Shown: positions 18,060 through 28,437, counted from the stretch's first letter. The stretch: DNA of 32,000 nucleotides from Polynucleobacter necessarius (GCF_900095195.1 NZ_LT606950.1:210001-242000), one strand, 5' to 3'. Made by a program: numbers and translations. The notes: generated from the letters alone by a model not told the origin.

Positions 18060-18108
18060 GTGGTAATGTGGGAAAATTCGTTGCCCACTAGAGTTATAAA
18101 TACTATTT

Positions 18109-19299
18109 ATGAGATATAAAAACCTATCAATTTCTCTTGATCATGGTCATTATGACAGGTTGCAGGAAATTTCCATACATCAGTTATCCAGAACCATTGA
18201 TGCTCCATTATTTTTTCAAACAGATAGAGCTGCGATCACGGTATTTGAGGACATGGCCCATTCATTACGTGCTGAAATTGTGGAGTCTCCACGTACTCCC
18301 TGGGGGAATCCTGCAGAAATATTTAAAAGAGATGTGGATAGGCAGAATATGCTGCACGTGGCTGGACTGACAGCTATTAATCTTTTTAATGTTTCGCTTT
18401 TTCCCAAATGTAACCTCGCCATATACGATGAGAAATTTATTCTCAAAGAGTACTTGGGGACCCCACATCATGGTCACGCCATGCGGTGGTTACGAAAACA
18501 ATATTCTCTTTTAGGTTTGCATTTTGAAATTACAAAATCTATACCGCAACCTGAAAAGACATATTCACGCGGAATTGATTTTTCGGTGGATATAGGCGAT
18601 ACCAACGTATTTCATTGGGTTGGAAGAGTTTTGCCAAAAATCAAATTTTTGAGAGATTATCCCAGTGATTGGCCTATAGTTTTTTCATATCAACCCACTG
18701 AATTTCAATTAGATTCTCTAAGACTACTCGGAGTAACCAATCCAATACTCATCATAGACAGACATCATATATCGAAATTTGAAAAATACATATTTTTGGA
18801 GGGGATGTGGTCCTCTATTCACAAGGGCATGATGGATTATTTGAGATCTAATCTTTTGCTTCCTGCTAACAATGAAACGGTTCAGGTTAAGAAGCTGTAC
18901 GTTTTTAGAGGGCCAACATGGACCCGCGAATTAATTAATCGCAATGAAATATCGACATTCCTTAAATCTAAGGGTTATACCCTGCATTCTTTGGGGGGTC
19001 TTGGGTTAGTCGATACGATTAGTCTTTTTCGTTCAGTTGATGAGTTGATTTTTGAGCATGGTGCTGCCGGGGTATTTACTATGTTTACAAAGCCGGGAGC
19101 TAAAATTCTTGAAATAATTCCATCTAGGGTTCACAAAAGCGCTAATGAACCAACAAATTTTTTCTTTTGGTTGGCTACAGTGTTGGGAAGACCTTTTGAA
19201 TACATTATTTGTGAAAATATAAGGACTGAACCATGGGCAGAATATTCAGTTGAACTCACTCTTTTGAAAGAGCGGATGCTCTCTTTGAGAATGGAATGA
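18109..19299 (+). CDS. DUF563 / GT61-like glycosyltransferase
   Basis: 396 aa. The C-terminal LIFEHGAAGVFTMFTKPGAKILEIIP matches the GxHGAGLxNxxF...viEl motif of the DUF563 (CAZy GT61-like) family. Confidence 0.6.
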   Translation: MRYKNLSISLDHGHYDRLQEISIHQLSRTIDAPLFFQTDRAAITVFEDMAHSLRAEIVESPRTPWGNPAEIFKRDVDRQNMLHVAGLTAINLFNVSLFPKCNLAIYDEKFILKEYLGTPHHGHAMRWLRKQYSLLGLHFEITKSIPQPEKTYSRGIDFSVDIGDTNVFHWVGRVLPKIKFLRDYPSDWPIVFSYQPTEFQLDSLRLLGVTNPILIIDRHHISKFEKYIFLEGMWSSIHKGMMDYLRSNLLLPANNETVQVKKLYVFRGPTWTRELINRNEISTFLKSKGYTLHSLGGLGLVDTISLFRSVDELIFEHGAAGVFTMFTKPGAKILEIIPSRVHKSANEPTNFFFWLATVLGRPFEYIICENIRTEPWAEYSVELTLLKERMLSLRME

Positions 19300-19426
19300 T
19301 TTCATTCTAGAAGGCCAATTCCGCTTTATGTATTAACTACAAAAACTTTGTCGACAAATGCCGAAAAATTAGATTTACTATTTTTAATAACAAAGAACTA
19401 TTTATTATTTCAAGTAAAGCGAGATA

Positions 19427-20356
19427 GTGTTACTCATCTATTTACTCACCCACAATCGCCCCGTTCAAGCAGTGGAGGCGATCGAGTCCATTCTTGCCCA
19501 ATCTGATAGTCGTTTTGAGTTGATTGTCTCTGATAATTCAGATACTGATGAGCTTCGTCAGTTGATCGGTGATAAAACAAGGCTTACTTATATCAAGCGA
19601 CCAATAGGCTTATCAGGTATTGAGCACGGAAATTTCTGCCTGTCTGAAATTGAGAAGACTGACGGATGTCAGTATTTCACGTTATTTCATGATGATGATC
19701 TAATGCTATCCAATTATGTTGGCAATTTTTGGCGGGCGCAAGCCCTGTACCCAACCGCGGTAGCTTTTGGGGCGAACGCCCAGGTAGAGCAACATAAGAA
19801 ATTTACTGAACTGTCTTTTAAGGCGGCAAGAGATTATCTCGGCCCCTTTAATCCAAATAATTTATTGCGACGATATTTTTCCCATCATCAATTAGGAATT
19901 GCACCTCTTCCATCATATTTTTATAGAAGAAGTGCTTTGCATGGTTTGCGTTTTGATAAAGCGGGCGGCAAATATGGGGATGTGCAGTGGCTTTCTCGGT
20001 GGGCTATTAGAGGGCCAGTTATTTGGATTGCTGAACCAATGATGATTTACCGTATGCATGAGAGCAATGACGGCAACATCGAGTCGCGACATGACCGTTT
20101 TCGATTTTTAGCGTACTTAAAACGTTCCGGCGAAATTTTTAGCCCAGAGATACTGGGCGATTATCGTAATTTTTTCTACAAAAAACTGCTGCCCAGCCTA
20201 AAGGATAGAGGCCAAATGAAAGCGTATCAATTGTTTTCACAATATCTCGCAGTCCATCGATTCCAGAGATTGTCTCGAGCCAGTTTTTATCGTGCTTTGC
20301 TAAATAAATCTTGGACTAAAATTTATTTAAGAATCCATAGAAAAATAGGGGCATGA
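19427..20356 (+). CDS. family 2 glycosyltransferase
   Basis: 309 aa with a GTG start. LLTHNRPVQAVEAIESILAQSDSRFELIVSDNSDTDE and the DxD-type motif LFHDDDLM indicate a GT-A fold of GT2. Confidence 0.75.
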   Translation: MLLIYLLTHNRPVQAVEAIESILAQSDSRFELIVSDNSDTDELRQLIGDKTRLTYIKRPIGLSGIEHGNFCLSEIEKTDGCQYFTLFHDDDLMLSNYVGNFWRAQALYPTAVAFGANAQVEQHKKFTELSFKAARDYLGPFNPNNLLRRYFSHHQLGIAPLPSYFYRRSALHGLRFDKAGGKYGDVQWLSRWAIRGPVIWIAEPMMIYRMHESNDGNIESRHDRFRFLAYLKRSGEIFSPEILGDYRNFFYKKLLPSLKDRGQMKAYQLFSQYLAVHRFQRLSRASFYRALLNKSWTKIYLRIHRKIGA

Positions 20357-21384
20357 GACAAGCCTCAATCTATGCAGAAGGGCATAGTCAAAATTCTTTA
20401 TTCGCGTTGAATGACCCAACGCATACTTATGCTCCAACATTTACATCCCGCCTCTTGAGATCTAGTTTACTGAAGCACGATATTGAACTTAATACGCCGG
20501 ATCTCAATATAGGCAGGGGGGTGGCTTTTGAGTTGTATGTCGAGGGTCAGTCGCTGCAAGATACCCCTATACCAAAATATTTAATTGCTACAGAGAATCC
20601 CTATATCAATCCATTAAATTGCGATGTTGAATTTTGTTCGCAATTTAACAAAGTTTTTTCCTGGAACCCTAAAATAACTAGTCTGCCAAATGGTGTTTTG
20701 GTGATGGTGCCTAATGAAATCATCCTCAATTCAACGCCTGCATATTCTCAAAGGCCATTGTTAGTTGCCTTGATCAACGCCAATAAACGATTTCCCAAAG
20801 AATTGGATGGCGATTTATACGAGGAGCGGCTTAAGCTCATTCGTTGGTATGAAAAAAATCATCCTACTGAATTTGGTCTATATGGCAGAGGATGGGATAA
20901 ACCGAGCCCTTCATTTGGTGCGCTTGAAAAATTGACTCGAAGACTGAAGCGTTTAAGAACCCAACTTTACGGCTATAAGCCATTTCCAAGCTATCTTGGA
21001 CCTATTAATACTAAGTTTGAGGCTTATGGGCGCGCCAAATTTGGTATTTGTTATGAAAACACCAAAGATCTGCCGAATTACATTACTGAAAAAATTTTCG
21101 ACTGCATGATGGGGGGATGTGTTCCAGTCTATTGGGGGGCTAATAATGTGCGCGATTTCATCCCGGACAACTGTTTTATTGATAGACGGGATTTTGCTAA
21201 CATAGCCGATTTACATCAATTTCTAGTCTCTATGGATGAGGCTAATTATGGCCGTTATCAAGCCAATATGGCCCAATTTTTAGCCGGGTCTCAGATTGCA
21301 CCCTTTAAAGCGGAAAGCTTTGTTAGCACGGTTGCAATTGGGATTGCTCAGGATTTTGAAAAACCGCTAGAGGTCTGCTCCTAA
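20353..21384 (+). CDS. GT10-family alpha-1,3(/4)-fucosyltransferase-like glycosyltransferase
   Basis: 343 aa. KFGICYENTKDLPNYITEKIFDCMMGGCVPVYWGANNVRDFIPDNCFIDRRDF aligns by eye to the H. pylori FucT motif KFNLCFENSQGYGYVTEKIIDAYFSHTIPIYWGSPSVAKDFNPKSFVNVHDF. Its start overlaps the GT2 stop (ATGA). Confidence 0.8.
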   Translation: MRQASIYAEGHSQNSLFALNDPTHTYAPTFTSRLLRSSLLKHDIELNTPDLNIGRGVAFELYVEGQSLQDTPIPKYLIATENPYINPLNCDVEFCSQFNKVFSWNPKITSLPNGVLVMVPNEIILNSTPAYSQRPLLVALINANKRFPKELDGDLYEERLKLIRWYEKNHPTEFGLYGRGWDKPSPSFGALEKLTRRLKRLRTQLYGYKPFPSYLGPINTKFEAYGRAKFGICYENTKDLPNYITEKIFDCMMGGCVPVYWGANNVRDFIPDNCFIDRRDFANIADLHQFLVSMDEANYGRYQANMAQFLAGSQIAPFKAESFVSTVAIGIAQDFEKPLEVCS

Positions 21385-21432
21385 GGTAGGTAGAATGGGG
21401 ATTTTCTGCGGCTTACAGGGTTTGTGGCGCAT

Positions 21433-22200
21433 ATGAAGGCGGTTCTTTTGGCGGGTGGATTGGGTACGCGAATTTCTGAGGAAAGCGCATCCCGCCCAAA
21501 ACCGATGATCGAGATCGGTGGCAAGCCGATTCTTTGGCACATTATGAAGATGTATGCCGCCCACGGTATTAACGAGTTTGTCGTTTGCTGTGGTTATAAG
21601 GGTTATGTCATTAAAGAGTATTTTGCGAACTATTTTTTACACCAATCCGATGTCACGATTGATTTAGCGCATAACAGTATTGAGGTGCATCAGAAAAAGG
21701 CCGAGCCTTGGAAAGTAACCTTGGTTGATACTGGGGAAGAGACCCAAACTGGGGGTCGTTTAAAGCGAGTGGCACAGTATTTAGATGGTGCTTTTTGTAT
21801 GACCTATGGCGATGGCGTAGGTTCAGTAGATCTGAGCGCATTATTACAGTTTCATCAAACCCACGGGAAATTGGCGACGATGACAGCAGTACAGCCTCCT
21901 GGTCGATTTGGGGCGTTACAACTAAAAGATACCGAAATCCAAACTTTTTTGGAGAAGCCGCAAGGTGACGGCGGATGGATCAATGGCGGTTTCTTTGTTC
22001 TTAATCCCAAAGTCATCGAGCAAATTTTATCGGATGCTACTTTGTGGGAGCAAGAGCCCTTACAAAATCTGGCAAAGCAAGGACAGCTGCAGGCTTTTTT
22101 CCATTCCGGTTTTTGGCAGCCGATGGATACCCTGCGCGATAAGAATCATCTTGAAAGCCTTTGGGCATCTGGCAAAGCGCCATGGAAAACGTGGACATGA
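21433..22200 (+). CDS. rfbF: glucose-1-phosphate cytidylyltransferase
   Basis: [64 protein letters not shown] is the canonical RfbF/DdhA N-terminus. I prefer ATG 21433 over the track's GTG 21424. Confidence 0.93.
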   Translation: MKAVLLAGGLGTRISEESASRPKPMIEIGGKPILWHIMKMYAAHGINEFVVCCGYKGYVIKEYFANYFLHQSDVTIDLAHNSIEVHQKKAEPWKVTLVDTGEETQTGGRLKRVAQYLDGAFCMTYGDGVGSVDLSALLQFHQTHGKLATMTAVQPPGRFGALQLKDTEIQTFLEKPQGDGGWINGGFFVLNPKVIEQILSDATLWEQEPLQNLAKQGQLQAFFHSGFWQPMDTLRDKNHLESLWASGKAPWKTWT

Positions 22201-23303
22201 GTAATTCTCAAAACCGGGCCATGCTGAACAAAGTAAACCCTAGTTTTTGGCAAGGCAAGCAAGTTTTTTTGACTGGCCATACTGGCTTTAAAGGTGGATG
22301 GTTGAGTCTTTGGCTGACAAGTATGGGCGCGAAAGTTACTGGCTATGCCTTGGCCCCAAATACAGCCCCCAGTTTTTTTGAAGTGGTTGGTGTAGCAAAT
22401 TTGCTTGAGCAAAATCACATTGCCGATATTCGCGATTTGCTTTCACTAAAGCTTGCTATGGAGCAGGCCAATCCAGATGTCATGATTCATATGGCTGCCC
22501 AGCCTTTGGTACGGTCTTCGTATGAAGATCCAGTGGGAACCTACTCTACCAATGTAATGGGTACCGTAAATGTGCTCGAGGTCGCCCGCAAAATTCCTAG
22601 CATTCAATCTATCGTAGTGGTTACCACGGACAAATGTTATGAAAACAAAGGGTGGTTGTGGGGTTATCGTGAAAATGAGCCACTCGGTGGGGCTGATCCG
22701 TATAGCAGCAGTAAAGCATGTGCGGAGTTGGTGACAAACACCTATCACCAGTCCTTTTTTTCTGGAAATGTTGCAACTTCCTCAGCAGCTCTTGCATCAG
22801 CACGTGCTGGTAATGTTATTGGTGGTGGAGATTGGTCGATTGATCGTTTAGTGCCAGATGTATTGACAGCATTTGAATCGAATTCACCTTTAGTGCTTCG
22901 CAATCCTTTGGCAACGCGTCCATGGCAGCATGTGCTTGAGCCACTATCAGGTTATTTAGTATTGGCTCAAGCTTTGTTTGCTCTTGGCAATGAGTTCGCA
23001 GGAGCTTGGAACTTTGGCCCAAATGATGAGGGTAATAAAACAGTTCAAGAGGTAGTTGATCTTCTAGGAAGATTGTGGGGTAGTAATGCTGGGTGGCAAC
23101 AAGACCCAAATGTACAACCTCATGAGGCCCATTTGCTTAAGCTGGATTGTTCAAAAGCGCATCAGCAATTGGGTTGGTCGCCAAAATGGAGTCTTGAGCA
23201 GTCAATTGAAAAAATTGTGCGATGGCATCAATCATTTAAGGCTGGTAAAGATATGCGACAAATTAGTCTTGAACAGATCCAACTATATTGTGATTCAGTA
23301 TAG
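22197..23303 (+). CDS. rfbG: CDP-glucose 4,6-dehydratase
   Basis: [24 protein letters not shown], then DKCYEN and a YSSSK catalytic Tyr/Lys. ATG 22197 overlaps the rfbF stop (ATGA); the track's 22161 start would overlap rfbF by 40 nt. Confidence 0.92.
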   Translation: MSNSQNRAMLNKVNPSFWQGKQVFLTGHTGFKGGWLSLWLTSMGAKVTGYALAPNTAPSFFEVVGVANLLEQNHIADIRDLLSLKLAMEQANPDVMIHMAAQPLVRSSYEDPVGTYSTNVMGTVNVLEVARKIPSIQSIVVVTTDKCYENKGWLWGYRENEPLGGADPYSSSKACAELVTNTYHQSFFSGNVATSSAALASARAGNVIGGGDWSIDRLVPDVLTAFESNSPLVLRNPLATRPWQHVLEPLSGYLVLAQALFALGNEFAGAWNFGPNDEGNKTVQEVVDLLGRLWGSNAGWQQDPNVQPHEAHLLKLDCSKAHQQLGWSPKWSLEQSIEKIVRWHQSFKAGKDMRQISLEQIQLYCDSV

Positions 23304-23367
23304 GTATTGATATATCCCGCTAGTTAAATTTCTCAGTAGAACTGATAACCCCATTACAAAAAGCAAT

Positions 23368-24720
23368 ATGAACAATCAAGTGATTGAAGTTAAAACAGTT
23401 GAGCAACAGCAAAAAGAGCAAATTCGCCAAGCCATTAGCAAGTTGGTAGATGAATATGCCGCTATTGAGTTTGCTACTAAGGCATTTGTCCCTGGAAACA
23501 CTATGATTCCCCCGTCTGGCAAATTGATTGATGCTAGTGAAATTAAAAATATGGTTGACGCATCCCTTGATGGCTGGTTAACCACGGGCCGCTTTAATAC
23601 TCTTTTCGAAAAAAAGCTGGCGCAGTTTATTGGTGTAAAGCACTTAATCACTGTTAACTCAGGCTCTTCTGCTAACTTGGTTGCTTTTTCTACCCTCACG
23701 TCCCCTAAGCTTGGCAAACGCGCCATTCAAAAAGGTGATGAGGTCATTGGGGTAGCAGCTGGATTTCCGACAACGGTTAATCCCATTGTGCAATTTGGGG
23801 CTATCCCCGTTTTTGTTGATGTTGATGCTAATACTCACAATATTGATGTTTCACAATTAGAGGCTGCATTAAGTCCTAAAACGAAAGCGGTGATGTTGGC
23901 GCATTCCTTAGGCAATCCCTTTAATTTAGATGCGGTTACGACTTTTTGCAAAAAACATCACTTGTGGTTGGTTGAAGACTGTTGCGATGCTTTGGGCTCA
24001 AGGTATCAAGGAAAAATGGTAGGGACTTTTGGTGATATTGGCACGCTGAGCTTCTATCCTGCCCATCACATCACAATGGGTGAGGGCGGTGCTGTATTCA
24101 CTAATAATTTAGAGCTAAAGCAGATTGCTGAAAGCTTTCGAGATTGGGGTAGGGATTGTTATTGCCCTCCAGGCAAAGACAATACCTGCGGCAAACGTTT
24201 TTGCTGGAAGTTGGGGAATTTGCCTGGGGGCTATGATCACAAATATACCTATAGCCATCTTGGCTACAACCTCAAAATCACCGATATGCAAGCGGCTTGC
24301 GCATTGGCGCAGCTTGATAAATTAGAGGATTTCATTCAAGCGCGTAAGGCGAACTTCAAATTCTTAAAGGATCGCCTGAAAACGTGTGAAGAATTTTTGC
24401 AGCTACCAGAAGCGACCCCCCATTCTGATCCATCATGGTTTGGTTTTCCCATTACCGTCAAAGAAAATTCGCCGGTGAGTCGATTGGATCTATTAACTTG
24501 CCTAGATCAACAAAAAATTGGAACACGTTTACTTTTCGCGGGTAACTTGGTGCGTCAACCTTCTATGGAGGGCGTGCAATATCGTATTAGTGGTCCATTC
24601 ACCAATACGGATCGCGTGATGAATCAAACATTTTGGATCGGGGTGCAGCCGGCTTTAACCAAAGAAATGTTGGAGTATGTCTGCAGTCAAATTGAAATGT
24701 ATTTAGGAATTGGTTTTTAA
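23368..24720 (+). CDS. rfbH: CDP-6-deoxy-D-xylo-4-hexulose-3-dehydrase (E1; PMP- and [2Fe-2S]-dependent)
   Basis: 450 aa of the DegT/DnrJ/EryC1 fold. [14 protein letters not shown] shows the His-for-Lys replacement typical of E1. By my residue count, the cysteine pattern C-X57-C-X1-C-X7-C (EDCC ... [12 protein letters not shown]) is the unusual [2Fe-2S] motif described for Yersinia E1. Confidence 0.9.
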   Translation: MNNQVIEVKTVEQQQKEQIRQAISKLVDEYAAIEFATKAFVPGNTMIPPSGKLIDASEIKNMVDASLDGWLTTGRFNTLFEKKLAQFIGVKHLITVNSGSSANLVAFSTLTSPKLGKRAIQKGDEVIGVAAGFPTTVNPIVQFGAIPVFVDVDANTHNIDVSQLEAALSPKTKAVMLAHSLGNPFNLDAVTTFCKKHHLWLVEDCCDALGSRYQGKMVGTFGDIGTLSFYPAHHITMGEGGAVFTNNLELKQIAESFRDWGRDCYCPPGKDNTCGKRFCWKLGNLPGGYDHKYTYSHLGYNLKITDMQAACALAQLDKLEDFIQARKANFKFLKDRLKTCEEFLQLPEATPHSDPSWFGFPITVKENSPVSRLDLLTCLDQQKIGTRLLFAGNLVRQPSMEGVQYRISGPFTNTDRVMNQTFWIGVQPALTKEMLEYVCSQIEMYLGIGF

Positions 24721-26588
24721 TGACTGCGCAAAAAATTCGTGTAGCTGACTATATTGCTGCTCGTTGTGTTGAGGCTGGTGCAAAACATGTTTTTTTAGTC
24801 ACCGGTGGTGGCGCCATGCATTTAAACGATGCCTTTGGTCGGAACGCACGACTTGAAAAGGTTTGCTTTCATCATGAACAAGCCGCTGCTATTGCTGCCG
24901 AGAGTTACTACCGGCTAAGTAACAATTTGGCTGTATTGAATGTCACGACTGGACCCGGCGGCATTAATGCCTTAAATGGTGTTTATGGTGCTTATGTTGA
25001 TTCTCTTGGAATGTTAGTAGTGTCAGGTCAAGTCAAGCGTGAAACTTTTTTAAAAAATTACCCCATACCTTTACGTCAGCTCGGAGACCAAGAGGTCGAT
25101 ATCGTTTCGATAGTAAGGCCTATTACAAAATATGCAACAGTTTTACAAGAAGCAACTTCAGTGAAGCTGGTGATGGATAAAGCCATCTTTTTGGCTACAC
25201 ATGGTCGGCCAGGGCCAGTTTGGGTCGATGTTCCAATTGATATTCAGGGGGCGCTAATTGATCCTGAGGAGCTAGTCGGTTGGGATGAAGATACAAAATC
25301 TCTCATCAATGATGCCGATGCGCACCCCAATACCGTTGACGAGTTACAAAATCTAGGCAGCACAAATTTACAAGATTGCATAACAGAGTTGCTGGAGAAA
25401 TTAAAGCAATCGAAAAGGCCCGTCCTCCTGGTTGGTTCAGGAATTCGCTTGTCAAAAATGCATAATCATTTTTTGAAGTTGGCTGAAGCTTTGAAAATTC
25501 CTGTTGTGACAGGGTGGAACGCCCATGACTGTCTATCAAATGAGAGTCCCTACTATGCTGGAAGGCCTGGTACAGTTGGAGATCGCGCTGGAAATTTTGC
25601 AGTGCAGAATGCTGATTTTTTAATGGTATTGGGTTGCCGCCTCAATATTCGTCAGGTTAGTTACAACTGGCAAAGCTTTGCTTCGAATGCCTGGAAGGTG
25701 ATGGTGGATGCGGATCGAGCCGAATTAATTAAGCCTACTCTCAAAATTGATTTGCCTATTCATGCAAGACTGCAGAATTTTATACCTGCATTACTTGAGG
25801 CAATCGCTAAAGAAAGTTCTGACGGTCTCAAATTGCCTGATCATGCTAAATATTTGCAGTGGTGCCGGGAAAGAGTGGCTGAGTATCCAGTAGTTCATGC
25901 TGAACATTACCAAAATCCTGAGCTTATCAATCCTTATGCATTTATAAAAATATTGTTTTCAAAGTTGCCTAAAGATGATGTGGTGGTGGCAGGTAATGGG
26001 TCGGCTTGCGTGATTAGTTTTCAGGCCTCAGAACTCAAAGAAGAGCAGCGTCTTTACACCAATTCTGGCAATGCATCCATGGGATACGATTTGCCGGCAG
26101 CGATTGGTGCATGTATCGCGCGTGGTGGTAAACGTATTATTTGTTTAGCTGGTGACGGCAGCTTAATGATGAATCTCCAAGAGTTGCAGACAGTTGTGGG
26201 TTATAAGCTCCCAATTAAATTAATTGTTCTTAATAATGAGGGCTATCACTCCATTCGCCAAACGCAGGATGCCTATTTCTCAGATAACCTAATTGGGATA
26301 GGTCCTGATACCGGTGTCTCGATTCCCGATTTTGTTGAGCTTGGAGAAGCCTTCAAAATACCGTCCAAAAGGATCAGTCAACTTACCCAGGTTGGGCATT
26401 CCCTAAGATGGTTGCTTGAGGAGCAGAATGACGCGGCTTTACTTGAGGTCATGCTGGATATCAAGCAGACCTTCTCTCCTAAGTTGGCATCCAGAAAACT
26501 TTCAGATGGGACGATGGTATCCCCCGCGCTAGACGATATGGCGCCATTCTTGTCGCGTGAAGAGTTGGCTAGAAATCGTCTGAATTAG
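24720..26588 (+). CDS. thiamine-diphosphate-dependent enzyme of the acetolactate-synthase family (YerE-like candidate)
   Basis: 622 aa. N-terminal Pyr domain with HHEQAAAIAAE (catalytic Glu) and TTGPGGINAL. C-terminal ThDP motif LAGDGSLMMNLQEL...VLNNEGY. Its ATG overlaps the rfbH stop (TAATG). Confidence 0.85.
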   Translation: MTAQKIRVADYIAARCVEAGAKHVFLVTGGGAMHLNDAFGRNARLEKVCFHHEQAAAIAAESYYRLSNNLAVLNVTTGPGGINALNGVYGAYVDSLGMLVVSGQVKRETFLKNYPIPLRQLGDQEVDIVSIVRPITKYATVLQEATSVKLVMDKAIFLATHGRPGPVWVDVPIDIQGALIDPEELVGWDEDTKSLINDADAHPNTVDELQNLGSTNLQDCITELLEKLKQSKRPVLLVGSGIRLSKMHNHFLKLAEALKIPVVTGWNAHDCLSNESPYYAGRPGTVGDRAGNFAVQNADFLMVLGCRLNIRQVSYNWQSFASNAWKVMVDADRAELIKPTLKIDLPIHARLQNFIPALLEAIAKESSDGLKLPDHAKYLQWCRERVAEYPVVHAEHYQNPELINPYAFIKILFSKLPKDDVVVAGNGSACVISFQASELKEEQRLYTNSGNASMGYDLPAAIGACIARGGKRIICLAGDGSLMMNLQELQTVVGYKLPIKLIVLNNEGYHSIRQTQDAYFSDNLIGIGPDTGVSIPDFVELGEAFKIPSKRISQLTQVGHSLRWLLEEQNDAALLEVMLDIKQTFSPKLASRKLSDGTMVSPALDDMAPFLSREELARNRLN

Positions 26589-26610
26589 ATTGATTTCTGG
26601 AGGAAACGCA

Positions 26611-27237
26611 GTGTCTAAACGCTTGATTGTTTACGATCTGGATGGCACCTTAATTGATAGCGCTAATACTGTGCTGTCGATCATTAATGCAATGCGTTTA
26701 GAAAGTAATCAAACTCCAATTGATAAAGCCAAATTAACTCCCTGGATTAGTTTGGGTGGAATATCGTTAATTTCCAATGCGCTTGAAATAAACGCTGATA
26801 ATGCCCATAGTGCTTTGGGTGAGTTTAGGCGACGCTATGTAGATTACAAGACAAGTGAGTCCGATCTATATCCACGGGTACGCGAAGTGCTCGAGCAGTT
26901 TTCGCAAAAAGATATTCTTTTAGCGCTCTGCACTAATAAACCCAGAAATTTAGTTGATCGGATTTTGCAGGAGCTTTCATTGGTAAAGTACTTTGATTGT
27001 GTCGTTGCGGGAGGCGATTTGCCTAGTCAAAAGCCGGATCCACTGAATTTGCTGACATGCCTTAATTACTATGGGACTGGCAGAAAGGAGACAATATTGG
27101 TTGGTGACAGCACCATTGATCAAAAATTGGCTATATCTTGCGATGTTCCATTTGTTTTTTTTCGAGGCGGATATGATGACGGTGTCGATATTTCGCTGGT
27201 CGATCGGGTAATAGATTGCCATTCTGATCTTTTATAG
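26611..27237 (+). CDS. HAD-superfamily hydrolase, phosphoglycolate-phosphatase-like (C1-cap type)
   Basis: LIVYDLDGTLIDS (motif I), CTNKP (motif II) and LVGDSTIDQ (motif IV). I prefer GTG 26611, preceded by GGAGGA at 26599-26604, over the track's TTG 26590. Confidence 0.8.
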   Translation: MSKRLIVYDLDGTLIDSANTVLSIINAMRLESNQTPIDKAKLTPWISLGGISLISNALEINADNAHSALGEFRRRYVDYKTSESDLYPRVREVLEQFSQKDILLALCTNKPRNLVDRILQELSLVKYFDCVVAGGDLPSQKPDPLNLLTCLNYYGTGRKETILVGDSTIDQKLAISCDVPFVFFRGGYDDGVDISLVDRVIDCHSDLL

Positions 27238-27254
27238 GGTCCAAATTCACTTAG

Positions 27255-27279
27255 CCTTATTGAACCTTATAATCCTTAT
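27255..27279. repeat. three helically phased CCTTAT direct repeats upstream of the NeuB-like gene
   Basis: CCTTAT occurs at 27255-27260, 27265-27270 and 27274-27279 (spacing 10 and 9 bp), read directly. Confidence 0.35.
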
Positions 27280-27324
27280 ATAGAAACCAAATAATTTTGT
27301 ATTCCGTATATCAAGATTGCCTTA

Positions 27325-28437
27325 ATGGATGATGACATGAGTAAAATCGCAAACAACGACATTTTTAATGACTTATTTGTTCTGGAGGTGGCCAGCAACC
27401 ACCAGGGAAATGTAGATCGAGGGCTTGCCATTATTGATCGTTTTTCTAAGGTTGTTCGTTTTAATAATATTCGCGCTGCAATTAAATTGCAGTTCCGTGA
27501 TATTGATAACTTTATTCATAAAGAGTTTTTAGATCACCAAGACATTCGTTATGTCAAACGCTTATCTGATACGCGGATGTCTAAAGAAGACTTTGTGATT
27601 TTAGTAAAGGCGATCCGTCAAAGCGGTTGCATTCCGATGGCTACCCCTTTTGATGAAAAATCTGTGGATTGGTGTGTTGAGTTTGATATGCCTATCATTA
27701 AAGTAGCAAGCGCTGATAACAATGATTGGACTCTGCTCGAAAAAATTGCTAAAACGAGACGTCCTGTTATTGTATCTACTGGCGGTATGTCTCAGAAGGA
27801 TATGGATGATTTGGTGACATTTTTTAAGCATCGAAACATACCTCTTTCACTCAATCATTGCATCGCTGCCTACCCTTATGAAGATAAAGAGTGTGAGTTA
27901 AATCAAATTGACTATTTACGTAATCACTATCCTGATTTAGTTATTGGCTACTCTTGTCACGAATATCATGATTGGTCAGCATCGATGCATATCGCGTATG
28001 CAAAAGGGGCCAGAACGTTTGAGCGTCATATCGACATTAATGATGATGGTTTTGAAGTTGCAACATACTCTTCCTTGCCGCATCAAATTGATACTTGGTT
28101 CAAGGCTTGGCATAAGGCACGCGAGATGTGTGGAACATCTTCAACACAAAGGCGTAATTTCTTAGATCGCGAGGTAGAGTATTTGGACTCCTACGTTCGG
28201 GGCGTCTATGCCAAAAAAGACTTGGCTGCAGGTCAGCTGTTGACGGAAGACGACTGTTATCTAGCCATTCCGTTACAAAAAGGGCAGATCTCCAGTCGCG
28301 AATTGATGTTGGGTAAGTATGGCCATCGACTGCTGGCACCATGCAATAAAGACAAACCGATTACTGTTGAAATGCTAGACACGCCCTACATTTCAAATGT
28401 AGAAATGCTCAGCGCTTTCAAGAAGAGGGGTCTGTAG
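27325..28437 (+). CDS. NeuB-family PEP-condensing (ulosonic/sialic acid) synthase-like protein with a C-terminal SAF domain
   Basis: 370 aa. LEVASNHQGNVDRGLAIID (compare EIGxNHxG), IKVASADNNDWTLLEKIAKTRRPVIVSTGGMSQKDMDDLV, GYSCHEY...AYAKGARTFERHID, and a C-terminal RGVYAKKDLAAGQLLTEDD (SAF-like). It diverges from canonical NeuB/PseI/LegI. Confidence 0.75.
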   Translation: MDDDMSKIANNDIFNDLFVLEVASNHQGNVDRGLAIIDRFSKVVRFNNIRAAIKLQFRDIDNFIHKEFLDHQDIRYVKRLSDTRMSKEDFVILVKAIRQSGCIPMATPFDEKSVDWCVEFDMPIIKVASADNNDWTLLEKIAKTRRPVIVSTGGMSQKDMDDLVTFFKHRNIPLSLNHCIAAYPYEDKECELNQIDYLRNHYPDLVIGYSCHEYHDWSASMHIAYAKGARTFERHIDINDDGFEVATYSSLPHQIDTWFKAWHKAREMCGTSSTQRRNFLDREVEYLDSYVRGVYAKKDLAAGQLLTEDDCYLAIPLQKGQISSRELMLGKYGHRLLAPCNKDKPITVEMLDTPYISNVEMLSAFKKRGL

